Assembly (NCBI RefSeq): GCF_009834535.1
Contig: NC_045697.1
Location: 78,928,001 to 78,992,000, forward strand
Source: Camelus ferus
Taxonomy: Eukaryota
Reading direction: 5' to 3'
Length of the DNA stretch: 64,000 bases
Positions 1-13,929 of this stretch are shown piece by piece. The stretch's first letter is position 1. Each line of letters starts with the position of its first letter. The notes under the pieces are model-generated. The model did no database searches, was not told the DNA's origin, and worked only from the letters and a program-made list of their open reading frames with translations. The position numbers and the translations under genes are program-made.

Positions 1-2394
1 AGTTTGATATTCATTTATTGCCTCAAAAAGCCTACTTTCTACCTCTCATGTTACCTAAAATAAAAATCAGGAGATATCACTCACTACCTCAGTGACCACA
101 ATGGCCAAAAATTATTAGAGGAATGAATAATCAGTAAAATGTACCCAAAAGAGATTAACAGGTGATAGAAGAAAAGTGACAAAACCAAAAATCATACATG
201 AGTAACAGAATTTGATTAAGAATAGCCCAGTAGCACTGAAGATTCAACAATTTCATCTCTATTATCTTAGGTGGTTTATTTTATATTATTTCAATAAATG
301 GAGCTAACTATTTTCCAATGTGATAATTAAGATTCACCAATGGGGTCTGAAAAAGCCCGGAAAGAAGTGGCAAATAGCATAATGAATATTTCTGAACTTT
401 CAGCCAATAGAAATTGATAATTGTCCCATGATGTATGACTGATCTTAGCTGATGTCTACATCTGATTTTTGAAGCAATCCAAGGTTAACCTTAGTCATTT
501 AAAAGAGCAAGAGAGATTTGAACATGTTTCAGGATTTCAAGTGAGTAATGAGTTTATCATTTAACAGGCACTGTAATAAAAAATCTGTTGATGGTGAAAA
601 GGAAATGGATATGAAAATAGAGATTTGTCTCTGGAGAATCACTTTCTCATGGTATTTCCCTTCTCCATCAGCTTTAATAATCCAGAGTTAATTACATTAT
701 CTTTAAATTCTTCTTGAATTATTCTAGTAGCTACTCTACCAAATATAAAGCAACATTCTTAACCTGAGTGCCACCAAGATATGAGTGGGCAACTGAAAGA
801 CTATAAGAAATGATAGATATGAAGTACTCATTCAACTGAAAGTGGATTTTTCTGACAAATACTATGATTTCTGTCCCTCTTTACAGGGCTGTAAGATAGG
901 TCTTACAAACTGATCTGTAATTTCTAAAAGGTAAAAATGACAACCGCTCATTTGTACTTTACAGAGAATCACATGGATTAGAACTAAGGTATTAACTCTA
1001 TCAGTTGAACAGCTAAGAAAATATCTTTGAATGTTCTAAACCAAATAGGCGGATCTTGTTAATCTTTTCTTGATGAGATTTCATGGCTCCAGGAAAGAGG
1101 CAAGGCCTCCACCCACACAAAAATTCTCTCACTTGTGAGCCAATTATCTGAAATTTCTTTACCAGAATTTTATCCCTTTGGTTGACAACTTTGATCCTTA
1201 TAAAAATACTTATTCGTCTGTTGGGTGTAATAATTCTCCCTGTTCCCAGAGACAATTCCTAACTACTTAATTTTACCAGGCCTAGCTTTCCTGGTGAGAT
1301 AAATCTTTTGCATTTGATGTGCTCAGGTCCAGCAAGTATTTCAAGATAAAAGGGCAGAGATAGCACCAAACTATAGGCCAGAAAAATAAACTATGTCAAA
1401 TGTTAGTATGAAAGAGTCTCTTGCAATTTATTTGTGAATACTTCATAAGGATCTCTTGAGAAAACAATTTTAATTTTACTAAGCTACAGACTGCAAAAGT
1501 ATGTTTTTGTAATTCATGGTACACAAGACCATTAGATACAAATTTTGAAGTAAAAAAAATCTCTTTTAAAATATAATCGTATTAAAATTTTATAGAAAGG
1601 CGGTAGTTCCTACCAATCCCTTAAAGTAATCTTTTTTGGTTTTTCAAATATGTTTAATAAGCCATATGGGAAAGATTGCAGAAGGCTACATTGATATTTC
1701 CCAAATATGAAGAAAATAAAGGATAACTAAAATCAGTAAGTCCATTATCACCTATAGCCTGAAATATACATATATATATATATCCTCATGTCAGACCTGC
1801 TCTGTTGCCTTATGCAGTATTCCACAAACATAAAAATTCCCCGTGCCTAGATGTCCATAAGTCTTTTCTAACTGGTTCATTTATCCTCCTATTTACCTCT
1901 TCACAATTTCTAACAGCCCATCTTTAAAGTGTTAAAGATTTTTTGAAGATAAAATTTTATTTGGTTTAATTTAAATCTTTCAGAGTGTAGACAACTCTGT
2001 TCATTGTTTCTTCTAATTTCAATACTAAGGAATGCAGATATACATTCCTCTATATAAAAAGATAAGTATAGAAATATGGACCATGATATAAGATCTTTTA
2101 TGTAAGACAGTCATCATGTGTGAAAGCAGAAGCTAACTCTCCATTCCACTCCAATATTTAGATATTCCTGACAGTTTTAAGGTAGGTTCAATGCAAAATT
2201 CTTAATTCTATTATCTGAAACTATTTGAATTAAGGATTCTTGAGTGAAGTAGCTCCATAAGGCAAGAGTGTACTGGTTTGATGGATTCATTCAGTTTTGA
2301 ATAATTTGACCAAGTTATAGGATTTATATTACAATCTATTTCATATCTTCAATTACAAAAATGTAGCTATGAAAAATCTTAATAAATCGTTTCA

Positions 2395-2565
2395 CCTACT
2401 AGTTGTAGAACCTGAAAAAGTCATGTAATATCTGTAACCCTCATTTTTCTCATCTACTAATTTAAGAAGGTAAATCACAGCATTTTTCTGTGGATTAAGT
2501 TAAATGAGATATTAAAGTATCTGGTGCATAATATATTTTCAGTAATTGTTTGCCTTTATTATTAT
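2395..2565 (+). mobile_element. MIR-family SINE, degenerate
   Basis: ccctcatttttctcatct...gtggattaagttaaatgag...ctggtgcataat resembles the MIR core and 3' part. Confidence 0.55.
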
Positions 2566-4209
2566 AACTGGGAAAAGTATTTCAGGGGAAGAAGAAAAGC
2601 AGCATGATAATACCTTTTAAATCCAAGCATTGAAATTACATGAATTTCTGGGCCATCTTCTCTTTCTTTCCTTACCACTACATAGCAGTCCATGTGAATC
2701 CATTGGATTCTTGGCATCATAATTATCAATTTGATTCTACAGGAATCAAACCAGGAGCATCAAGATTATGCACAAGAGCCATGCTGATTACATTAATTCA
2801 TTTCAACTTGGGGTATGCAACTACTGAATGAATGAATGGAGTCAAGCTATTAACCCTTAAAGAGGGGTGATTACTTGCTTTTGACCTCAGATTGCTAGGA
2901 AGAAGCTTTGATCCTATTCCAAGACTAGTCCCCAGTTTGTGTCTCATTAATATGAAGCAATAAATAACCTTTTCTTTTTCCCAGTTCCCTTCTCCCTCCA
3001 TTCTAACTTTACTTTTGTTATAATGCTGGATGCGTCCTACCCCTCTAATCCTGCTAATCATTCACTCCCTCTTCCTCCTGTACCCTGCAACAAATGACCC
3101 TCAAGCACTTATTACACAACTTGGTCCTCTTTCTATATTTCAGTAAATTGAAGACCTTGTTTTGAAGGGTCTTTCACTTAAAATTTCTTCCATTGAATCT
3201 TCCCAGTGACAAGTCCTATAGTCCAAGGCTAAGACTTGGATGGTATCCAGAATAGTGAGACTGACCACTAGATTTCTGGTATTTATGGAGAACCAAATGA
3301 AAATAATATAGGCCAGGATAAACATTAATAATCTAGAAACAAACAAAACTATCTGGAAGCGTAATGCAAACAGTCTTAATAATAAAACTCAGAGAAACTG
3401 AAAATGAAAACAAGTTTATCCCCTGTAATTTAATGCTAGTTTTAGGCTTCAAGTGAAAACATTTTCCTATTGTATAGCTTGGTCAAACTTTGAAGATATA
3501 AAAAGAAATGTTAAGTACAATGTACCCACAAGAGCCAATTACCCTCAATGAATTTTTTCTGAAAGCCAGAGTTTTAACCTAATTAACCCATCTTTCATGA
3601 ACATGTTGCAGAAATGGGGCCTGGCCAACCACCCCTGCATATGCTCAATTGCCTGGACATGCTTGCTTTTGTGGTTGAAACTCAAATGCTTCCTCCCACA
3701 CAATGGAACAGAAAATACTTTCATTTCCTTGAAAAGGTTAAGTATTGGCAAAATTTCATATTTACTTTATATATGCTTTCTTTTTTATAAGACATTATCT
3801 ACTTAATAGATTCCTTTTCTATCCTAGCATAATCAGAAGTGTATGCTTATTTAATCAGTTTCTCTTAACTCTGCAGCCTATTGATTACATATCATTCAAA
3901 GCTATTCATCTGTACAAGTTTTCTGGTTTTTACTTAAATTCTATAAATATTTTATGAAAATTAACAAAATAAACTAAATTTATAATAAACTATACTGTAT
4001 TTTGTGACTGTAGACTTAATCTAATGTACTTTGGGAAATAGCCCAATTTGATGAGAGTTTTTATAAGTTTATGTTTCATGCTACATATAAAAAGGCATTT
4101 TAATATCTATTTATTTTAAGCCTCAATATAAAAAGGATAGGAGTAAATTCATAAATTTTTGAGCAATATAGTGGCATAATAATACACAGAGATGTACATA
4201 CACACACTA

Positions 4210-4425
4210 TATTATATGTCAGATAGTGTTTTAAGCATTCCACATGCATTATCTCATTTATTTCTCATAACAATCTTAGGAAGTCAATCTATTGTTATAC
4301 TCATTTGCTACAGATGGGAAACTGAGGCTAAGAGGAGGTAATGAACTTGCTCAAAGCTCCACAATTGAGGAGCAGTTGAGATTGGGATTTGAACCCAGGT
4401 GATCTGACTCTATATCCATGGTCTT
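4210..4425 (-). mobile_element. MIR SINE
   Basis: Reverse MIR core acagatgggaaactgaggct...acttgctcaa...gggatttgaacccagg. Confidence 0.9.
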
Positions 4426-5069
4426 GCTAGTAAGGATAGAGAAAGAAAAGGAGGCCAGAGTTAAAATTAGCCCAAGAAACGTGCATTGAAAATTTTGTCT
4501 AATACAAAAAGTGAATCATACATTTGGTTCTGATTTTCTGGGAACCAAAGAAAGAAAGCAATGCAATCAGAAACAAAATTCACAATGCCTATAAAATAGA
4601 AGCTGTACCAACAACTCAGAAGAAACATGGCTTCTCCTCTGGTGGACACTATGAGAAAGAGCAAAGAGTCATCTAAAAATAACAGACAAACAAGTGAACA
4701 ACAACAACAATGTAGTACCTTCTCATATTGCCCTTAAAAGCAAACTCAGGGAATAACCTAGAACCTAGCTCAGAAAAAGAACATTTTTAATACTCCAAAC
4801 AATAGTATCAAATATGTATGCCCAATGGTATGGCTTGATCCTAGAGTAAAATTTAAAATATCTCAAGGAATGTATAAGCTACATCTTCTGTGAGCAATCT
4901 TTCCAATATAAAAATGTAATATCTCAGCAGTTACTAAACATTTAATGAGAGTTAGGAAGCCAATTATTATTATATTCATTGGTAAAAGCTGAAATGTACC
5001 TATTTCACCTTGTTCATTTAGAATTTATTTATATATTTAATTCTTCAGCAAAGTAGAAGATAGAAAGGA

Positions 5070-5215
5070 CACAGATCACTCTAAGTTTCAGTCTCCTCAA
5101 CTGTAAAATAGGAATAATAATAGTACTGCCTCATTGTGTTGCTTTGAAGATTAAGAGAAATAATGCATAAAAACAGTATCTGGCTTGTGCTAAAGACTGA
5201 TTAAAGTATCGACTG
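5070..5215 (+). mobile_element. MIR SINE fragment
   Basis: tttcagtctcctcaactgtaaaataggaataataatagtactgcctca matches the MIR core. Confidence 0.8.
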
Positions 5216-5534
5216 CTATTAACAGTAGTCACATTCCTAAATCCATGTTTAGAAACTCTAATGTGGCCCTTCAAAGCTTTATAAAGCATATAAAGCAAAT
5301 TGAAACAGAATATTAGGGCTTAAAGAATTAAAGGTGACATCTTCATATTGTCCTAGGGATCAATTACTAGCCTAGTCAGAATCCAACTCCAAAATTTTAC
5401 ATGTAGATTTTGTAATTTCTGTCACTTTTTCAAAATGTTTTAAATTAGGTCTAAATTTTGTGGGGGGAAATGATTATTTGTTTAATTTAGTTGTCTTGAC
5501 AAAATTAAACCCTTGAATCTATTAATAAAGCAAG

Positions 5535-5666
5535 GATATATTTCTGTTCAAACTAGGACCCTGTTGAGAGTGAAAGGGAGTGCTGAAACAATTAACAGGC
5601 ATTAATTAATCTACAATAAGTGTAAACCAGGATATTCCAGCAAGTCTAGGATATAGGGTCACCTTA
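5535..5666. mobile_element. MER81-like hAT-Blackjack MITE
   Basis: caaactaggacc...tgagagtgaaaggg...gtgtaaaccagga...ggtcacctta follows the MER81 consensus as I recall it. Confidence 0.65.
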
Positions 5667-6075
5667 CCTATGCTTTCTTCTATATTTAAATAATACAGAG
5701 GAGAATCAATGGCTATGTATTATATTTAAAAGACATTTGCAGAGTCCCAATGGGCTGGTGTTTTTTGCAGAATCATAATTGCATTTTATTTCAATGCATT
5801 AGTTTCTAAAACAAATCAAATATTACCAGCTGTAGTCAGATTCAAAGGTATACTAACACTTTATGCAAAAGTTGGGCCCTTACAATAAATTCCAATGGAT
5901 TATGATGCCCATCAGTTTGATATCATAACTGGCCAATTAATATTATTCAGATCTATTTGGATATACTTTTTCTTTATATTTGTAGGATTTATGGACAAAC
6001 AAATGCCCAATAAATCCCTTCAGTGACTTTGTAAACATATATAATAGAATCAAATATGTTCCATTCCTTCTTTTC

Positions 6076-6098
6076 CTTTTTTTTTTTTTTTTTTTTTT
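6076..6098. repeat. poly-T tract
   Basis: Uninterrupted T run seen directly. Confidence 0.95.
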
Positions 6099-6332
6099 CA
6101 TTTTGGAAGACATGCTAGTGCAGAGGGGAAAAAAATGTTTCCAGATTAAGTCAAATACTACTTTTCTTCCATAAAGTATTTTTGGTCTTGCCACTCCCCT
6201 AGTTTATTCTTCCTACAGTCTTCAAATTCTCATTACCACATAAATAAATGAACAGGGAGAAAATTAACAAATATTTATCTGACTTTTCAGATTAGTAATC
6301 TTTTAAAAAATCGTCAGAAAATAAAAATAAAT

Positions 6333-6434
6333 GGGGGTTGGAGCAGTGGTGGAGCATGTGCTTAGCATGAGCGAGGTCCTAGGGTCAATCCCCAGTACCT
6401 CTGCACAAAAATAAAATTTTAAAAAATAAATAAA
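6333..6434 (+). mobile_element. tRNA-derived SINE, camelid Vic-1 type
   Basis: gcagtggtggagcatgtgcttagcatgagcgaggtcctagggtcaatccccagtacctc with degenerate Pol III A and B boxes and an A-rich tail. Confidence 0.85.
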
Positions 6435-6829
6435 GGATTAGAAAAGAGAACAGTGGGAAAACTAAAAAAAAAAAAAAAAAAAGAAGAAGAAGAAAGAAAA
6501 AACTATTGAGCATATTGAAACATTTCCTGTGCAGAGTTTGAAAATTTAAATATTTAGAAGAGTTTCTTTGTGCAGAGTATCAATAAAAAGAATGGATTAA
6601 ATAATATCTCAATTGAATGAGACTTTACTAGGTGAAAATAAAAATTAATTGAAAATGGATTTCTGGATAAAACTGATATTTGAAGGAGAAAAAAAGGAGC
6701 AAGAAAAGAGTTAACATGGAATTATCCTTATAAACTATGGATGCCTTTCCCAACTTCACTTCTAATCTTTGAACCAAGTAGCATAATTCCATGCTCATAC
6801 CTTGTAATGCGGCTGGTCTCTGAAAACCC

Positions 6830-6935
6830 AAGCTCTATGAGTACACGGGCAGTTTATTGAGCACTGTTTCCTCAGAACATTATACAGAACCTGACATTTA
6901 ATAAGTACTCAATAAATATTTATTGATTAATGAAT
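6830..6935 (+). mobile_element. L2 3' end
   Basis: aagctctatgag...cagaacctgacat...aagtactcaataaatatttattgattaatgaat is the typical L2 terminus. Confidence 0.75.
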
Positions 6936-7364
6936 ATAAAGTCAATTAGAGCTCTTCTAGAAAGATAGACTGAAATCCATAGAACTTCTAAATTGATATT
7001 ATTTTATCAAATATCTATATATGTAAAATATAAAATAGTATGCTAAATTCTAATATTTGTATAGATAGCCTTATATATGTCGCTTTCAGCATGTACAAAA
7101 TAATATTTGGATATTCTACTGGAATTTTTTCATTATTTCCATTAAAATTTCAGAGATAGATAAGTACCAATCAAAAAAAAATTTCTGTGACTCACTTCAA
7201 AATGATGCCTGTGTTTTTAGAATGCTTATTACATATAGTTAGTTGTTAACCTCTGTAAGAAGGTAGTGAACAAATAAACTAACTCTCTCTGAAGTACTTG
7301 TCAGTTTATCTTTGTTTCATTGGAGCAGTTAAGAATTAGTGATTAGCGTATAGAAAGTTGTTCC

Positions 7365-8292
7365 ATACCTTACATCATCACGGAAATGCAAATGAAGACA
7401 AGATGCCACTACACACCTATTAGAATGGTTGAGATCCGAAATATTGACAACACCAAATGCTGGTGAAAGCATGGAACAACACCAGCTCTCATTCATTGCT
7501 GGTGGAAATATAAACCAGTATAGCCACTTTGGAAGACAGCTTGGTAGTTTCTTCTAAAACTAAATACACTCTTACCACATGATCCATTAATCACATTATT
7601 TGGTGTTTACTCAAAGGAGTTGAAAACTTATGTATATACAAAAGCCTGCACATGGTTATTTATAGCAGCTTTATTATAATTGCCAAAACTTGAAAGCAAC
7701 CAAGACAACCTTTAGTAGGTGAATGGATAAAAAAAACTCTGGGACATCCAGACAATAGAATGTTATTCAGCACTGAAAAAAAAAAAAGCTATCAAGCCAT
7801 GAAAAGAAATGGAGGAACCTTAAATACATATTATTAAGTGAAAGAAACCAATATGAAAAGACTATGTACTGTATGATTACAACTATATAACATCTCGGTA
7901 AAGGCAAAATTATACTGACAGTAAAAAGATTAAGTGGTTGCCAGGGGTTAGGTGGGAGGGAGGGATGAATAAGGAGAGCACACAGGATTTCTAGAGTAAT
8001 GAAAATATTCTGTATAACAGTATAATGGTAGATACATGTTGTTATGCATTTGTCCAACAACACCAAGAGTGAACCCTAATGTAAAATGTGGACTTTGGGT
8101 GATGGTGATGTATCAATGTAGGTTTATCAGTTGTCACAAATGTACCATTCTGGTGGGACATGTTGATGATGAGGGAAGATATGCATGTGTAGGAACAGGA
8201 GGTATACGGGAAATTACTGTACCTTCTTCTCTATTTTTTTTTTTTTTGTAAACCTGAAACTGCTCTAAAAAATAAAACAACAAACAAAAAAG
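7365..8292 (+). mobile_element. L1MC-type LINE-1, 5'-truncated (ORF2 end, 3'UTR, A tail)
   Basis: ggaaatgcaaat...ccactacacacctattagaatgg...ccactttggaagacag (ORF2 C-terminus); gtgaaccctaatgtaa...ggactttgggtgat (L1MC 3'UTR); aataaa and A-rich tail. Confidence 0.9.
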
Positions 8293-8855
8293 AAGTTGCC
8301 CTGACTCTAACATTATATCATATTTAGTAGAATTGCCTATCTAAAAAAGCAAGACAAAGTCTCTGTCGAAGAGTTACCATCTGCATTTTGTTGTTTAAAA
8401 AAAAGTTTCGTTAGCATTTTGTAGTTAAAAAAAAAAAAGTTTTGTAGCAAAATTGTATAAAGGTGCAATAACTCAGAAGTTCTGGGCTATGGTCCTCCTG
8501 CACCCTCAGCTGCCCACTGAACGTGTACTACAGATCCATGCCAGCAAGCCCGGTACAGAGCAGATGAAAATATCTTTGAAGGAGGTTATCAGTCCTCAAA
8601 GTGGGACTTATAAACTATAAACAAATATTTATTCATATAAATGACCCATTAATAAGAAAGATAACCTAATTGCACACTGCCTCCTCCATCCCTCCATCTA
8701 TACCAGGAACCAAGCTGCCCTTGGCTCATCTATCTTCTCTTCCCTACTACTCCCTTTCTACTTGTCCAAGATTAGGCATATACACTATGTTCCCTATTTA
8801 TTTTCTTTCACCATTGACCATTCATATATATATATGAATTTGTATAATTTACATG

Positions 8856-9038
8856 ATCTCATATAAAAATAATTGTTGATGGTAGTCTTACACTGACAAG
8901 TTAATAATACAACAAGCTACTTACCTTTTTAAAACAAACATTTTTATTTGATCAGATTCTAAATGGAATATCAAATAAATGTAAAAACATAATACTGAGG
9001 AAGAAAATATGCATTTTAAGTTGTTTATAGCTAAATTA
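8856..9038 (+). repeat. Diverged local duplication A, copy 1
   Basis: Colinear similarity to 10562-10759, including identical atctcatataaaaataatt. Confidence 0.85.
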
Positions 9039-10561
9039 CCTATATATATTCCTTAAAAACATGTATTATATATACATATATATTCTTTAGGAAATATATA
9101 TATATATGTATAAACACATATATACATACTTCAACGTTCCTTTTACTTCTCCCTTCTCTTATTTGTTTACCCTAGAAAATCAACCATTTTATTTTAGATT
9201 CTCTTGCATCTGTAAGTTGTGGAGAGGACTCTAATTCTTGTTGAAAAGTGTTGGTGAGCTAATGATATATTGCTATAAGGAAAAAACATCTTAACTATGG
9301 AATTTAGATTTTTTTTAAATACCAATATCTAAAGTTCTCAAAATTGCCTCAAGTTACCATCAACATCACCTTGCTCCTCTTATCAAGCTGCCACTCCTCA
9401 CACCCTGCATTCTAAATAAAAAACCCAGTTATATGATTTCATTGTTTTTCTGTTTTGTTTAATTAGTTGTGCTGTTTTTCTTGAACTGACCACAATCCAC
9501 TGTGATTTAGCTATGACTGGGATTACTCTAAAAACCCAATCCTGTTTTCATGTAAAAGTGTGAATAGCTCATTTTAGCATCAAGAGTGCTCACTTAAATT
9601 CTAATTATAGCCCACTATTTGCTGCATATCCTTTTTTCTGCATTACAATGCCTAAGTCAATCTTTTTCATTTTGTGTCCTGTAACTCATGTTTGGCTAAT
9701 GATGCATCCTTGTGTGTTATCCTAAATCATACCAAAATAAAACAAAATTTTGTTTTTAATATTTATTTAAAAAGAGAAAATATTATAGTGTTCAAAGACA
9801 TCATAGCTATCTGGGTATATATATGTAAATAAATTTTTCATTCGAAAAATTTCAATTGAATATTATTTTACTTAGTCTAATTTTTCACCATTGGAAATAC
9901 CCAGAGAGACTCTTAATCTTCTGGGTTGGTGAGAGGTCTGTGAATAGTTCTTATTCATCAGTTTCAAACAGGATAATTGACCACAGAACTTAAGACAAAA
10001 AAGATTTGGAAGAGGATGTGGCAAGGTGGTAAAGGAAGTAACTTAAGATGTTCATAGGGCTCTTGAATAGCAGATTTTGAAAGAGAGGGGAAAAATCACC
10101 TTTGTAGGTTCCTTGGATAATCTCTTAAATATGCAAATAAGTGACTAAGTTGGAAAAAAATCAATTTAGCAGTGGATGGGGCATTTTTTCTGTGGCATTT
10201 TAGGATCATGTTAAAACTGATGATAATTAAACCCTAATCTCAAGGGTATCTCAAGGGTACAAAGGTGGGAGTAAATGAAGAAGAGACCAAATGACTGAGA
10301 AGACTCCTGAGCTGAAATTTTAATCACTGGCACCATGGAAGATCCTCTTTTGCTCATCATGCCATAGGGGGATTAAATGATTTCTCTGCCTTCTGAATTT
10401 CATGGCTACAAGTGGATTTTAATGGATTTCAGATGAATTCATCACAGTGCTGAGAAAACAGTCCACAATACTGAAAACATGAAACCAAATGGACAGTTTC
10501 ACAGTATATGTCCATTTGTTCACAAACTACTATGACAATCCCACTCATTATATCTCCCCAA

Positions 10562-10759
10562 ATCTCATATAAAAATAATTATTCATGGCAATTTATGCTG
10601 ACAAATTAATAATACAATCTATTACCTTTTTAAATAGATATTACTTTTTTTAAAATGAATCTGGTTTTTAACCAGATTCAAAGAATATCAAAGAAATGTA
10701 AAGATAACTTACTGTAGAAGGATACGGCTATGCGTTTTAAGTTGTCAAAAGCCAAATTA
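10562..10759 (+). repeat. Diverged local duplication A, copy 2
   Basis: Shares atctcatataaaaataatt, ctgacaa, ttaataatacaa, ttacctttttaaa, gaatatcaaa and ttttaagttgt in the same order as copy 1. Confidence 0.85.
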
Positions 10760-12732
10760 GCAATAAAAAGACTTTCAAACTGACATTTGTGGAAGAGTTA
10801 AGTACAGGGTACTGTGGGAACCACTGAGGGGTGCCTGGCCAAGAATGGCTAGGAACGGGGAGAGACTGAAATTTCAGCAAGGTTTTCTAGGAGGACTCCT
10901 GCTAGAAGAAAGAGAGGAATTACTTCAGAGAAGTCCACATTTCCTGCAATTCTCCCTTCAAATTAAAGCAAATCGTCTCAATCTGGGCTTAAAATGTTAA
11001 CAACAGGTTGATGCATTAGCTAAATAACTAGTACAACCAAGGCCATCAATGTTTACTACATTCACATCTTTCTCAAGAAAAGGTGAATTTCTAAAGATTC
11101 AGCTCAATACAAAGAAAACTATTAATTTGGTGAAGTTTCTATAGTAGCAAAGACCCAGTAATTACTATAATCTTTTTAAATAGCTAGGTACAACTATTAC
11201 TCAAACTGGGAAAATTCCATATTTAAAAATATGCATTGTACAATCTGCATCCATTTGCTTTTCATTTATTTAAAAAGTGGAAAACAAATTAGTTACTGCC
11301 ATTCATGGCATATTTTTTACTTTTTTTTTTAATAAACTGTAATCAGACATTCATTGTTCTTTAACTTTTTAAATAGTCATTCCAATATTCTGACCAAATG
11401 TTACTGTATGTATATGTAAACATATATATGTGCATGTTTATATAGAGATATGTAGATTTTAAAAACACCTAAACAGATATAGCTAAGTGATGGCTATCAA
11501 CTACACCAAAATATGCTTCTTAAGCTTTGTATACATTTTTGTTTTTGTTTTGAGACAGTAAGCTTTAGGATTTCAGTTCTGTAATTAAATGGAGTAGAGA
11601 TGTTATTTTCCAGTATGTAGACAGTGCTCTTTAGAATTTAGTATTTTTTTAATGAGTGAGCAGCTTGCTCATTCACAGAAAGATTGACAAGATCAATTCT
11701 TATCACACCATCTCTGAAGCTTGATTAAACATCTTAACTAAACCATCACATAACAATTAAAGAATAGGTATGACAGGATGCGTTTTACTCATGTTGGAGA
11801 GTGTCTCACCTGGGGTTTAGAATGACTTTGTAATTTAAAATTTTAGAATTAAAAAATACTGCTTTTGTTCATCAGATATGATTATGAAGTTATCTCAAGC
11901 ACTGCTCAGAGTGCAGCTTGACTGAAACAAAAGGAGACAGAGAAAATATTCGTAACAACTTTTTTTCATGAAGTTCACACTAAATCCTAAATAAGCAAGA
12001 TTTTTTAAAAAATGAATGTTTTCCTATCCATCCTAAGATCTTACATAAGTACAAAGCTCCATCTCAAAAGTGATCATAGGTTTATAAAGCATACATATAT
12101 AAATGTAAAAAAAAAGAGAGAAACATAAAGCATCAAAAAGATTTGGCAACTGTGTATGAAGAAAAATTAGTAACAGTAAATTCCTTTCAATAAGTATGCG
12201 AGGGAGAGAAGGGAAATGGACACTCATTCGTTTAAAAAATAAAACTAGATACAGATCTCCACAGTAAATGTTTCTTTTGGACCACAAAACAGTTCTGAAA
12301 CATTGCTAATATCTAACTGAAATACATGGTTTTTTCCCTGTATGTAGTATCTCATATCTAAAAGGAAAATAAGTAGGAAAGATAAACATGATAGCTGTGG
12401 AAAAGGAGATATCAAGCACAATTAACGGAAAATGTCCACCATGAAGATTGCATAATGAACTATGACCACTATGACCAAATACGAGGCCATGGAAGAGTTT
12501 AGAAACAAAAAAGAAGAACACCTGCTAGGGAGGTTCTTTTAAGACATAAATTAGGCTACCATTTCAAAACAACCAAAAAAAAAAAACAAAAAACATAGCT
12601 CTGTGTAATTTTTCATCAATTCTTTGCATTTAAAAACACAGTGCCTAAGTTTACATTTCAAGCAGATTATGAAACAAAGTCCTGGGGAAGAGGTAAGTTT
12701 TAAAAGTCTGTTAACAAGCCCCTATACTCAGA

Positions 12733-12743
12733 TGCTGACGTCA
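12733..12743. promoter_or_regulatory. Full CRE palindrome with Maf-type TGC flank (candidate)
   Basis: TGCTGACGTCA; TGACGTCA at 12736-12743 retains its CpG. Confidence 0.35.
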
Positions 12744-13929
12744 TACTCTACATGAAAACTTTGCAGAGAGCTCCATCTTCAGGCCATTCACAATATGCTG
12801 AGCTCAGTTGTAAAGGTATCTACTTCCCACTTTCTCTTAATAGTTCTTCCATTTCTGACTATCTTTTTCAGATTGGTTCTGCCGTTAGCATGGAAATGTC
12901 AGACTGAGTAAATTCATTGAATAAAACACAAAATTTTCCAATTTTCTCTCACATGGAATATTTCTTCATGGATCAGATTATTGCTCAAACACATCTGTGC
13001 ATGAAGACCCACCAATGGGAGAGCATTAGCTCCACAGTTACTCCCCGAGGTTAATTCAAAAGAAGAAAGGCTAAAGGAAAAAGAACACTTTAAACTTCAT
13101 TTACTGATTTAAAAGCAACTATATTGTTCTATGTTTTTATCTTCCAATTTCTCAAATTCCTTATTAGAGTTTAAGTTATTAAATACAACATTTACAAGCT
13201 TATGGTTGAAGCAAAACAGAGATGACTTAAGCAAGAGACTCCTTTTTCTCCTCTGGTAAGTAATAGTCATTTCTTTTTCCATTTCTCCTTTCCCCTAAAG
13301 TCAGAGAGATAGAGCATAAAAAGAACCTGGAAGGAATTATATGGGGCAAATGAATCCAATATATCTTTAAATCCTGACTTTTTAATCTTTAAACCCCAGT
13401 GCAAGTCATTTGGCTTCTTATCTCAAGGAATGAGACACATCCCAGACAGACCTGCTTTCAGATCTCACATGTCTGAAAATTACCGTATTATTCATTAAGC
13501 CAAGTAACTCCTGGAATCAGGCTACAAAAGGAAAGAAGACCCTCCAAAGCACTGCTCTTCATACCAAAGAGAGCAACATAAAGTGACTTAGACAACCAAT
13601 CATAAATATGTATACAGTTAAGCATACAAATCCACCACAGGCCACAAATTTTGACCATTAAAATTTCAAAAGAAATTTTATGAACATATTATAATAGCTT
13701 CCATAAAGATATTTCCATATGAAGATAACATAAATAAAATACTCATTTGACAATAAGAATCATATCAAGCATGAAATATTAAATATCTTCCTCATGCAGA
13801 TAATTATGGAATGGCTGTATTACAGCCAATTACAATGCAGGGTAAATGTGTAAATCTCTTAAAAAATGTGAAGACAACAGCTGTTCCAGGATTCAGCTCT
13901 TCAGGTCAAATCTGACACAAGGTCAAAAA

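Noticed and set aside
1013..1255. 80-aa minus-strand ORF with a plausible-looking composition
   Set aside because: Non-ATG start, no recognisable homology and no convincing splice sites.
6333..6405. tRNA-like sequence
   Set aside because: A-rich tail, degenerate boxes and a second related copy at 17.7 kb show it is a SINE, not a tRNA gene.
7767..8251. ORFs of 99 and 71 aa
   Set aside because: They lie in the L1MC 3' region and are chance frames of a decayed repeat.
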